The notes under the pieces are model-generated. The model saw nothing but the letters and a program-made list of their open reading frames with translations, was not told the origin of the DNA and did no database searches. A program made the position numbers and the translations under genes. Shown piece after piece: positions 29,401-42,300 of a DNA stretch of 64,000 nucleotides. Positions within the stretch are counted from its first letter, which is position 1. Each line of letters starts with the position of its first letter. Origin of the DNA: Chrysomallon squamiferum (lineage: Eukaryota > Animalia > Mollusca); assembly GCA_012295275.1 (NCBI GenBank), contig CM022666.1:10106001-10170000 (forward strand), in the 5' to 3' direction.

Positions 29401-32400
29401 CTTACTTAGGTTACTATTTTACTTACTTACTATTCTTATTCTTTCTTGCCTAGGTCATTAGTTAAATTAAATTACTTACATTACATTCTTTTCTTACATA
29501 ATTGTAAATGTAAAGGACTTGCATTCTGACTTACTTAGTTACTTTACTTCCTTGCTTACTTAGGTCATTATTTACGTAATTACTTAATTTATTTATTACT
29601 TAGATAATTGATTATTGTGTAATGTACTTTTGCATTCTCACTTACTTTGAAACTTGCATCCTTGCTTAGTTAGGTCATTATTTACTTACTTACTTAATTT
29701 ATTTGTTATTTAGATAATTGGTAATGTACTTACTTAGGTTACTTTATTTTTACTTATTCTTCTTCTTGCTAACTTAGGTCATTAGTTAAGTAATTACTTA
29801 CTTTATTACTCACATAATTGTTAATGTACTTACTTCTATTCTCACTTACTTAGTTACTTGTTTCCTTTACTTAGGTCATTTATTTACTTAAGGTACTTAA
29901 TTTATTTCTTTACTTAGATAATTGTTAATTACTTACTTTTATTCTCACTTTGACTTACTAAACTTGCATCCTTGCTTACTTAGGTGATTATTTTACGTTA
30001 CTTAATTACGTTCTTATTTACATAATTGTTAATTACTTATTTGTTATTTTTTTACCTTTTTAAATTGCTTTTTACCTTTACTTTAGATCATTTACTTACT
30101 TACTTACTTTACTTTATTTTTTTTTAGTTTAGATAATTTTAGATAATTAGTTAGTTATTAATTTTAATGTACTTACTTTTACTTTTTTACTACTTACTTT
30201 TTACTTACTTACTCGCTTACTTGCTAACCTAGGACATTAGTTAAATACTTACTTACATTCTTACTCACATAATTGTAAATGTACTGACTTGCATTCTCTC
30301 TTACTTAGGTACTTGCTTCCTTGGTTACTTAGGTCATTATTTACGTAATTACTTAATTTATTTATTACTTAGATAATTGTTAATTACTTACTTGCATTCT
30401 CACTTACTTTGAAACTTGCATCATTGCTTATAGGTCATTATTTACTTACTTACTTAATTTATTTTTATTTAGATAATTGGTAATTAATTTACTTAGGTTT
30501 ACTTTTACTTATTTATTCTTTCCTTTATTTATTAGGTCATTAGTTAATTACTTACTTACATTTTACTTACTTAGATAATTGTTAATTGTACTTACTTGCA
30601 TTCTTTACTTACTTAGTTACTTAGTTAGTTACTTTTACTGTTACTTAGGTCATTATTTAGGTAAGGTACTTTACTTTTTACTTACTTTGTTAATTTACTT
30701 GCATTACTTTACATTATCATTTTACTTACTACTAACTTGCATTTGCTTTTAATTTATTTATTTAGATTTTGTTAATTAATTACTTACTTTACATTCTTAC
30801 TTACTTTCCTTCCTTGCATTTTGCTTTTAGGTTATTATTTACTTACTTTTAATTTATTTTATTTATTTAGATTTTTTTAATTATTTATTTTTAGGTTACT
30901 ATTTACTTACTTATTCTTTCCTTGTTAACTTAGGTCATTAGTTAAATTACTTACTTACATTATTACTTACATAATTGTTAATGTACTTACTTGCATTCTT
31001 GTTAATACTTATTTACTTGTTATTACTTACTTTACTTACTTAGGTCATTATTTAGGTAATTACTAAATTTATTTCTTTACTTAGATAATTGTTAACGTAA
31101 TTACTTAATTTTACTTACTTAATTGTTACTAACTTGCATTACTTCTTACTTACTTACTTTATTTTGCATACTTTTACTTAGGTTATTTATTTATTTTATT
31201 ATTATAATTTACGTACTTAATTACATAATTGTTAATGTACAAATTTGCATTTTACCTTAGTTCCTCGCTTCCTTACCAACTTAGATCATTATTTACGTAC
31301 TTACTTACTTTCTTTCTTAGTTAGATAATTGTTAATGTACTTACTTAGGTTACTATTTACTAACTTACTTTACTTACTTACTAACCTAGGACATTAGTTA
31401 AATACTTACTTACATTCTTACTCACATAATTGTAAATGTACTGACTTGCATTCTCTCTTACTTAGGTACTTGCTTCCTTGCTTACTTAGGTCATTATTTA
31501 CGTAATTACTTAATTTATTTTTTATTTAGATTAATTTTAATTATTACTTACTTAATTTATTTAATTACTTACTTTACTTTACTTGCATCATTGCTTAATC
31601 AGGTTTGCATTATTTATTACTTTATTACTTACTTTATTTTATATTTAGATAATTAATAATGTAATTACTTAGGTTACAATTTTACTTACTTTTATTTATT
31701 CTTCTTCTTCCTAACTTAGGTCATTAGTTAAGTTAAGTACTTAGATACATTTCTCTTACTCACATAATTGTAAAGTACTGACTTGCATTCTGACTTACTT
31801 AGTTACTTGCTTCCTTGCTTTGCTTAGGTCATTTATTTACGTAATTACTTAATTTATTTATTATTAATTAGAATTGTTAATTAATTACTTGCATTCTTAC
31901 TTACTTTGAAACTTGCATTTGCTTCCTTGCTTAGTTAGGTCATTATTTACTTACTTACTTAATTTATTTTTATTTAGATAATTGGTAATTACTTACTTAA
32001 TTACTATTTACTTACTTATTTATTCTTTTATTACTTAGGTCATTAGTTAATTAGTTAATTACTTACTTATTACTTACTTACATAATTGTTAATGTACTTA
32101 CTTATATTCTTACTTACTTACTTACTTACTTCTTTGTTACTTACTTAGGTCATTATTTTCATTATTTACTAAATTTAATTATTAATTTATTTAAACTTAT
32201 TAATTGTTAATTATTTTTTACTTGCATTTCTTACTTACTTCTTCTTCTCTTACTTGCTTCCTTGCCTTGCTTACTTAGGTCATTATTTACGTAATTAATT
32301 AATTTTCTTACTTAGATAATTGTTAATGTTATTTTTTACTTTATTTTTCCTTAGATCATTTTTACTTACTTACTTTTTTTTAGTTATTTTATTGTTTTAC

Positions 32401-35400
32401 TTTTACTTTATTTTTACTTTACTTTACTTACTTATTAGGTTTAGTTAATTACTTAATTTTTACTTACTTATTAATTTTAATTACTTTTTTTTTTCTCTTT
32501 ACTTACTTTTTTAGGTTTTTAGTTATTATTTTACTTAATTTTAATTTATTTTTTACTTACATAATTGTTAATGTACTTTACTTGCATTTGCATTTACTTT
32601 GTTAACTTGCTTCTTTGCTTACTTAGGTTATTATTTACTTACTTACTTTAATTTATTTTATTATTTATTTAATTAATAATTAATTACTTTATTTACTTTT
32701 ACTTATTTACTTCTCTTCCTTACTTCTTTTCCTTCATTTAGGTCATTAGTATTTACTTATTATTTTTTATTTTAGATTATATTATTTAATTGTTTGTACT
32801 TACTTTATTCTCTACTTACTTACTTACTTGTTACTTTATTACTTAGGTTATTATTTACTTAAATTTATTTATTAATTTATTTTATTATTAATTTTGCTTT
32901 TATTACTTACTTAATTGCATTTGTTACTTACTTTTTATTTATTTTACTTTATTTTTTATTTTTATTTATTTACTTAATTAATTACTTTTTACTTACTTAG
33001 TTTTTGCATTCTTTACTTACTTTAGGTCATTATTTTACTTACTTTACTTACTTTCTTTTTTTATTTAGATTAATTGTTAATGTACTTACTTAGGTTACTA
33101 TTTACTTACTTATTACTTTACTTACTTACTTACTTAGGTCATTAGTTAAATTTACTTACATTCTTACTTACTTACATAATTGTTAATTTTACTGACTTGC
33201 ATTCTTGTTAATTACTTAGGTTACTTGCTTCCTTGGTTACTTAGGTCATTATTTACATTATTTAATTTACGTTATTTTTATTTATTATTAGATAATTAAT
33301 TAACTGTACTTACTTGCATTCTCACTTACTTTGAAACTTGCATCATTGCTTATTAGGTCATTATTTACTTTTACTTACTTAATTTATTTTTTTATTTAGA
33401 TTTGGTAATGTACTTATTTAGGTTACTTATTTACTTACTTATTTTTTATTGTTACTTACTTAGGTTCTTAGTTAATTACTTTTACATTATTACTTATAAT
33501 TGTAAATAATTATTTACTTACTTACTTACTTAATTCTAATTGTTACTTACTTTTTACTTGTTAATTGTAAAGGTACTTTGCTTTATTTTACTTAGTACTT
33601 ATTACTTAGGTCATTATTTACTAATTTATTTTATTTATAATTGTTAATGTACTTACTTGCATTCTCACTTACTTTGAAACTTGCATCCTTGCTTAGTTAG
33701 GTCATTATTTACTTACTTACTTAATTTATTTGTTATTTAGATAATTGGTAATGTACTTACTTAGGTTACTATTTACTTACTTATTCTCTTCCTTGCTAAC
33801 TTAGGTCATTAGTTAAGTACTTACTTACATTATTACTCACATAATTGTTAATGTACTGACTTCTATTCTCACTTACTTAGTTACTTGTTTCCTTGCTTAC
33901 TTAGGTCATTATTTAGGTAAGTACTAAATTTATTTCTTACTTAGATAATTGTTAACGTACTTACTTGCATTCTCGCTGACTTACTAACTTGCATCCTTGC
34001 TTACTTAGGTGATTATTTACGTAATTAATTACGTTCTTACTTACATAATTGTTAATGTACAAATTTGCATTTTACCTTAGTTCCTCGCTTCCTTACCAAC
34101 TTAGATCATTATTTACGTTCTTACTTACTTTCTTTTTTTAGTTAGATAATTTAGTAATTACTTACTTAGGTTACTTATTTACTTACTTACTAATTACTTG
34201 CTTAACCTAGGACATTAGGACAAATACTTAACTTACTACATTCTTACTTCTTAGGACATTATAAAATGTTAATTCTTACTCACATAATTGTAAATGTAAA
34301 TCTGACTTGCATTCTCTTCTTACTTTAGGTCCTTGGTCCTTGGTTACTTAGGTCATTATTTACGTAATTACTTAATTTATTTATTACTTAGATAATTGTT
34401 AATGTACTTACTTGCATTCTCACTTACTTAAACTTGCATCATTTTGCATTATTTATTATTTTATTAATTTATTTAGGATTATTATTTTATTTACTTATTT
34501 ACTTAATAGGTTAAATTTTAATTACTTATTTTTTACTTTAACTTAGGTCTTAGTTAATTTTAGATACTTACTTACTCTCATTATTTAAATTATTACTTGC
34601 ATTCTTAACTTATTTAATTACTTAATTGTAAAGGTACTTAGATTACTTCTTACTTACTTAGGTTACTTTTTTACTTAGGTTTACTTAATTTTATTTACTT
34701 AATTACTTATTTACTAATTGTTAATGTAATTTACTTTGCATTCTCACTTACTTTTGAAACTTGCATCCTTGCTTATTTTTTCATTATTTTATTTAGTTTT
34801 TATTTACTTAATTTTATTTTTATATTTAGATATTGGTAATGTACTTACTTAGGTTACTATTTACTTACTTATTCTTTCCTTGCTTCTTAGGTCATTAGTT
34901 AAGTTACTTACTTACATTATTACTCACATAATTGTTAATTACTTGACTTCTATTCTCACTTGTTACTTACTTGTTTCCTTTGCTTACTTAGGTTATTATT
35001 TAGGTTATTATTAATTTTATTTTTTACTTAGATAATTGTTAACGTAAATTGTTTACTTTTATTTACTTATTTTACTTACTAACTTGCATCCTTGCTTTCT
35101 TAGGTTTTATTTTATTTTGCTTAATTACGTTACGTACTTACTTATAATTGTTTACGTATGTATTGTTAATTTGCATTTTAAATTTTAGTTTTATTTTTTT
35201 TCCTTCCTTAGATCATTATTTATTATTATTACTTATTTTTTTTCTTAGTTAGATAATTGTTAATTACTTAATTAGGTTACTTATTTTACTAACTTACTAC
35301 TTACTTATTACTTTACTTACTTGCCTACCTACATTAGTTAAATACTTAAATACTTACATTCTTACTCACATAATTGTAAATGTACTGACTTGCATTCTCT

Positions 35401-38400
35401 CTTACTTAGGTACTTGCTTCCTTGGTTACTTAGGTCATTATTTACGTAATTACTTAATTTATTTATTACTTAGATAATTGTTAATGTACTTACTTGCATT
35501 CTCACTTACTTAGAAACTTGCATCATTGCTTACTTAGGTCATTATTTACTTACTTACTTAATTTATTTGTTATTTAGATAATTGGTAATGTACTTACTTA
35601 GGTTACTATTTACTTACTTATTCTCTTCCTTGCTAACTTAGGTCATTAGCTAAGTACTTACTTACATTCTTACTCACATAATTGTTAATGTACTGACTTG
35701 CATTCTCACTTTCTTAGTTACTTGTTTCCTTGCTTACTTAGGTCATTATTTAGGTAAGTACTAAATTTATTTCTTACTTAGATAATTGTTAACGTACTTA
35801 CTTGCATTCTCGCTGACTTACTAACTTGCATCCTTGCTTACTTAGGTGATTATTTACGTACTTAATTACGTTCTTACTAAGATAATTGTTAATGTACAAA
35901 TTTGCATTTTACCTTAGTTCCTCGCTTCCTTACCAACTTAGATCATTATTTACGTACTTACTTACTTTCTTTCTTAGTTAGATAATTGTTAATGTACTTT
36001 TTTTTTAGGTTACTATTTACTATTTACTAACTTACTCGCTTACTTGCTAACCTAGGACATTAGTTAAATACTTACTTACATTCTTACTCACATAATTGTA
36101 AATGTACTGACTTGCATTCTCTCTTACTTAGGTACTTGCTTCCTTGGTTACTTAGGTCATTATTTACGTAATTACTTAATTTATTTATTACTTAGATAAT
36201 TGTTAATGTACTTATTTATTAATTTCTTACTTAATTTACTTGCATTTTATTTTTTGGTAGGTTTATTTTTACTTAGTTTACTTTTTACTTACTTTATTTT
36301 TATTTATTTGTTAATTTAGGTAATTATTATTTAGGTTTATTTATTTATTTATTTATTTACTTAGGTTATTATTTATTACTTAGGTTTACTTAGTTAATTG
36401 TATTACTTATTTCTATTACTTTGAAACTTAGGTCATTAGTTAGGTCATTATTTACTTACTTATTACTTAATTGTTATTTATTATATTGTACTTGTACTTA
36501 CTTATTTACTTTTACTTACTTACTTGTTCCTTGCTTACTTAGGTCATTATTTAGGTAATTTCTCACTTACTTAGTTACTTGCATCCTTTACTTAGGTCTT
36601 ATTTTATTATTATTTACTTACTTAATTAATTTTATTTTATTTATTATTAAATTGTTAATTGTTACTTATTATTTAATTTATTTTACTTTTTACTTATTTT
36701 TAATTACTTTACATTTTTACCTTAGTTTTTTTTCCTTACTTACTTAGGTTATATTTACTTTATTTACTTTACTTTTATTTTCTTATTTAGATAATTGTTA
36801 ATGTACTTACTTAGGTTTACTATTTACTTTACTTATTTCTTCCTTGCTTACTTAGGTCATTAGTTAAATACTTAATTACATTCTTACTTACATAATTGTT
36901 AATGTACTGACTTGCATTCTCTGACTTACTTAGTTACTTTACTTCCTTGCTTACTTAGGTCATTATTTTACGTAATTACTTAATTTATTTATTATTAGAT
37001 TATTGTTAATTTATTTATTACTTAATTGTTAATTTCTCACTTACTTTGAAACTTGCTTCCTTCCTTCTTACTTTACTTAGGTCATTATTTACTTACTTAC
37101 TTAATTTATTTGTTATTTAGATAATTGTTAATGTACTTACTTAGGTTACAATTTACTTACTTATTTCTTCCTTCCTTGCTAACTTAGGTCATTAGTTAAA
37201 TTACTTACTTACATTTATTACTCACATAATTGTAAATGTACTGACTTGCATTCTATTACTTAGTTACTTGCTTCCTTGCTTACTTAGGTCATTATTTACG
37301 TAATTACTTAATTTATTTATTACTTAGATAATTGTTAATTACTTACTTGCATTCTCTCACTTACTTTGAAACTTGCATCCTTGCTTAGTTAGGTCATTAT
37401 TTACTTACTTACTTAATTTATTTTTTGTTAGATAATTGTTAATGTACTTACTTTAGTTTACTATTTACTTACTTATTCTCTTCCTTGCTTACTTAGGTCA
37501 TTAGTTAAGTACTTACTTACTTTATTTTTTATTTACATAATTGTTAATGTACTTTACTTGCATTCTCACTTTACTTAGTTACTTGTTTCCTTTCCTTACT
37601 TAGGTCATTATTTAGGTTACTTAATTTATTTACTTATTTAGATAATTGTTATGACTTTTGCATTCTCACTTTACTTACTTACTTGCATCCTTGCTTACTT
37701 AGGTTATTTATTTATTTACTTAATTTATTTTTACTTAGATAATTGTTAATGTAATTACTTGCATTTTTACCTTACTTTGAAACTTCATCCTTGCTTACCA
37801 ACTTAGATCATTATTTACGTACTTACTTTACTTTATTTTATTTTTAGATAATTGTTAATGTACTTACTTAGGTTACTTTTACTTACTTACTTATTCCTTT
37901 GCTTGCTAACCTAGGACATTAGTTAAATACTTACTTACATTCTTACTCACATAATTGTAAATGTACTGACTTGCATTCTCTCTTACTTAGGTACTTGCTT
38001 CCTTGGTTACTTAGGTCATTATTTACGTAATTACTTAATTTATTTATTACTTAGATAATTGTTAATGTACTTACTTGCATTCTCACTTACTTTGAAACTT
38101 GCTTGCTTCTTAGGTCATTTATTGCTTACTTAGGTCATTTAGATTTACTTAGGTTACTTTTACTTACTTATTTATTTTTATTTAGATAATTGGTAATGTA
38201 CTTTTACTTAGGTTACAATTTACTTACTTATTCTCTTCCTTGCTAACTTAGGTCATTAGTTAAGTAATTACTTACATTATTTATTACACATAATTGTTAA
38301 TGTACTGACTTGCATTCTCACTTTACTTAGAAACTTATCTTGCTTACTTTCATTATTTTTACTTACTTTATTTTATTTAGTTATTTTAGATAATTGGTAA

Positions 38401-39134
38401 TGTATTTATTTAGGTTACTTAATTATAATTGTTAATGTACTTTAACTTAGGTCATTAGTTAACGTACTTACTTACTTCTTACTTACTAATTGTAAAGGTA
38501 CTGACTTGCATTCTGACTTACTTAGTTACTTGCTTCCTTGCTTACTTAGGTCATTATTTACGTAATTACTTAATTTATTTATTACTTAGATAATTGTTAA
38601 TGTACTTACTTGCATTCTCACTTACTTTGAAACTTGCATCCTTGCTTACTTAGGTCATTATTTACTTACTTACTTAATTTATTTGTTATTTAGATAATTG
38701 GTAATGTACTTACTTAGGTTACAATTTACTTACTTATTCTCTTCCTTGCTAACTTAGGTCATTAGTTAAGTACTTACTTACATTATTACTCACATAATTG
38801 TTAATGTACTGACTTCTATTCTCACTTACTTAGTTACTTGTTTCCTTGCTTACTTAGGTCATTATTTAGGTAAGTACTAAATTTATTTCTTACTTAGATA
38901 ATTGTTAACGTACTTACTTGCATTCTCGCTGACTTACTAACTTGCATCCTTGCTTACTTAGGTGATTATTTACGTACTTAATTACGTTCTTACTTACATA
39001 ATTGTTAATGTACAAATTTGCATTTTACCTTAGTTCCTCGCTTCCTTACCAACTTAGATCATTATTTACGTACTTACTTACTTTCTTTCTTAGTTAGATA
39101 ATTGTTAATGTACTTACTTAGGTTACTATTTACT
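2416..39134 (+). repeat. Satellite array, 100/104-bp monomers, mainly 1020-bp 10-monomer HOR with some ~712-bp 7-mers
   Basis: The once-per-HOR marker CCTAGG occurs at 17339, 18359, 19381 (spacing 1020, 1022), at 5971/6989, and at 22244/23261. Shorter spacings at 3102/3822 and 12417/13130 correspond to 7-mers. Confidence 0.97.
17380..18399 (+). repeat. Reference copy of the 1020-bp 10-mer HOR (A B C A' B' C' D E F G)
   Basis: ATAATTG monomer starts at 17380, 17484, 17588, 17688, 17792, 17896, 17996, 18100, 18200, 18300, next at 18400. Lengths are 104,104,100,104,104,100,104,100,100,100 = 1020. Confidence 0.95.
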
Positions 39135-39334
39135 NNNNNNNNNNNNNNNNNNNNNNNNNNNNNNNNNNNNNNNNNNNNNNNNNNNNNNNNNNNNNNNNNN
39201 NNNNNNNNNNNNNNNNNNNNNNNNNNNNNNNNNNNNNNNNNNNNNNNNNNNNNNNNNNNNNNNNNNNNNNNNNNNNNNNNNNNNNNNNNNNNNNNNNNNN
39301 NNNNNNNNNNNNNNNNNNNNNNNNNNNNNNNNNN
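39135..39334. other. Assembly gap, 200 N, coinciding with the satellite strand switch
   Basis: Exactly 200 N. T-rich strand to the left and its reverse complement (A-rich) to the right. Confidence 0.99.
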
Positions 39335-42300
39335 AATTATCTAAATAACAAATAAATTAAGTAAGTAAGTAAATAATGACCTAAGTAAGCAATGATGCAA
39401 GTTTCTAAGTAAGTGAGAATGCAAGTAAGTACATTAACAATTATCTAAGTAATAAATAAATTAAGTAATTACGTAAATAATGACCTAAGTAACCAAGGAA
39501 GCAAGTACCTAAGTAAGAGAGAATGCAAGTCAGTACATTTACAATTATGTGAGTAAGAATGTAAGTAAGTATTTAACTAATGTCCTAGGTTAGCAAGTAA
39601 GCGAGTAAGTTAGTAAATAGTAACCTAAGTAAGTACATTAACAATTATCTAACTAAGAAAGAAAGTAAGTAAGTACGTAAATAATGATCTAAGTTGGTAA
39701 GGAAGCGAGGAACTAAGGTAAAATGCAAATTTGTACATTAACAATTATCTAAGTAAGAACGTAATTAAGTACGTAAATAATCACCTAAGTAAGCAAGGAT
39801 GCAAGTTAGTAAGTCAGCGAGAATGCAAGTAAGTACGTTAACAATTATCTAAGTAAGAAATAAATTTAGTACTTACCTAAATAATGACCTAAGTAAGCAA
39901 GGAAACAAGTAACTAAGTAAGTGAGAATAGAAGTCAGTACATTAACAATTATGTGAGTAATAATGTAAGTAAGTACTTAACTAATGACCTAAGTTAGCAA
40001 GGAAGAGAATAAGTAAGTAAATAGTAACCTAAGTAAGTACATTACCAATTATCTAAATAACAAATAAATTAAGTAAGTAAATAATGACCTAAGTAAGCAA
40101 TGATGCAAGTTTCTAAGTAAGTGAGAATGCAAGTAAGTACATTAACAATTATCTAAGTAATAAATAAATTAAGTAATTACGTAAATAATGACCTAAGTAA
40201 CCAAGGAAGCAAGTACCTAAGTAAGAGAGAATGCAAGTCAGTACATTTACAATTATGTGAGTAAGAATGTAAGTAAGTATTTAACTAATGTCCTAGGTTA
40301 GCAAGTAAGCGAGTAAGTTAGTAAATAGTAACCTAAGTAAGTACATTAACAATTATCTAACTAAGAAAAAAGTAAGAAAGTAAGTACGTAAATAATGATC
40401 TAAGTTGGTAAGGAAGCGAGGAACTAAGGTAAAATGCAAATTTGTACATTAACAATTATCTAAGTAAGAACGTAATTAAGTACGTAAATAATCACCTAAG
40501 TAAGCAAGGATGCAAGTTAGTAAGTCAGCGAGAATGCAAGTAAGTACGTTAACAATTATCTAAGTAAGAAATAAATTTAGTACTTACCTAAATAATGACC
40601 TAAGTAAGCAAGGAAACAAGTAACTAAGTAAGTGAGAATAGAAGTCAGTAACAATTAACAATTATGTGAGTAATAATGTAAGTAAGTAAGTAAATAGTAA
40701 CTAAATAAGTAAACTAATGACCTAAGTTAGCAAGGAAGAGAATAAGTAAGTAAATAGTAACCTAAGTAAAGTACATTACCAATTATCTAAATAACAAATA
40801 AATTAAGTAAAAAATAATAAGTAAAATAATGACCTAAGTAAGCAAATGATGCAAGTTTCTAAAAGTGAGAATGCAAGTAAGTACATTAACAATTATCTAA
40901 GTAATAAATAAATTAAAATAAATAAATAAAAAATAAATAATGACCTAAGTAAGCAAGGAAAGCAAAATAACTAAGTAAGTAAGAATAAAGTACATTAAAT
41001 TATTATCTAAGTAAGTAAATTTAGTAATTTACATAATGACCTAAGTAAGCAAGGAAATAAGTAAGTGAGAATGCAAGTCAGTACATTAACAATTATGTGA
41101 GTAATAATGTAAGTAAGTACTTAACTAATGACCTAAGTTAGCAAGGAAGAGAATAAGTAAGTAAATAGTAACCTAAGTAAGTACATTACCAATTATCTAA
41201 ATAACAAATACAGTAGGTAAGTAAGTAAATAATGACCTAAGTAAGCAATGATGCAAGTTTCTAAGTAAGTGAGAATGCAAGTAAGTACATTAACAATTAT
41301 CTAAGTAATAAATAAATTAATTAATTACGTAAATAATGACCTAAGTAACCAAGGAAGCAAGTACCTAAGTAAGAGAGAATGCAAGTCAGTACATTTACAA
41401 TTATGTGAGTAAGAATGTAAGTAAGTATTTAACTAATGTCCTAGGTTAGCAAGTAAGCGAGTAAGTTAGTAAATAGTAACCTAAGTAAGTACATTAACAA
41501 TTATCTAACTAAGAAAGAAAGTAAGTAAGTACGTAAATAATGATCTAAGTTGGTAAGGAAGCGAGGAACTAAGGTATAATGCAAATTTGTACATTAACAA
41601 TTATCTAAGTAAGAACGTAATTAAGTACGTAAATAATCACCTAAGTAAGCAAGGATGCAAGTTAGTAAGTCAGCGAGAATGCAAGTAAGTACGTTAACAA
41701 TTATCTAAGTAAGAAATAAATTTAGTACTTACCTAAATAATGACCTAAGTAAGCAGGGAATCAAGTAACTAAGTAAGTGAGAATAGAAGTCAGTACATTA
41801 ACAATTATGTGAGTAATAATGTAAGTAAATACTTAACTAATGACCTAAGTTAGCAAGGAAGAAAATAAGTAAGTAAATAGTAACCTAAGTAAGTACATTA
41901 CCAATTATCTAAATAACAAATAAATTAAGTAAGTAAGTAAATAATGACCTAAGTAAGCAATGATGCAAGTTTCTAAGTAAGTGAGAATGCAAGTAAGTAC
42001 ATTAACAATTATCTAAGTAATAAATAAATTAATTAATTACGTAAATAATGACCTAAGTAACCAAGGAAGCAAGTACCTAAGTAAGAGAGAGAATGCAAGT
42101 CAGTACATTTACAATTATGTGAGTAAGAATGTAAGTAAGTATTTAACTAATGTCCTAGGTTAGCAAGTAAGCGAGTAAGTTAGTAAATAGTAACCTAAGT
42201 AAGTACATTAACAATTATCTAACTAAGAAAGAAAGTAAGTAAGTACGTAAATAATGATCTAAGTTGGTAAGGAAGCGAGGAACTAAGGTATAATGCAAAT

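Noticed and set aside
39102-39344. 80-aa ORF
   Set aside because: Satellite translation running into the N gap.
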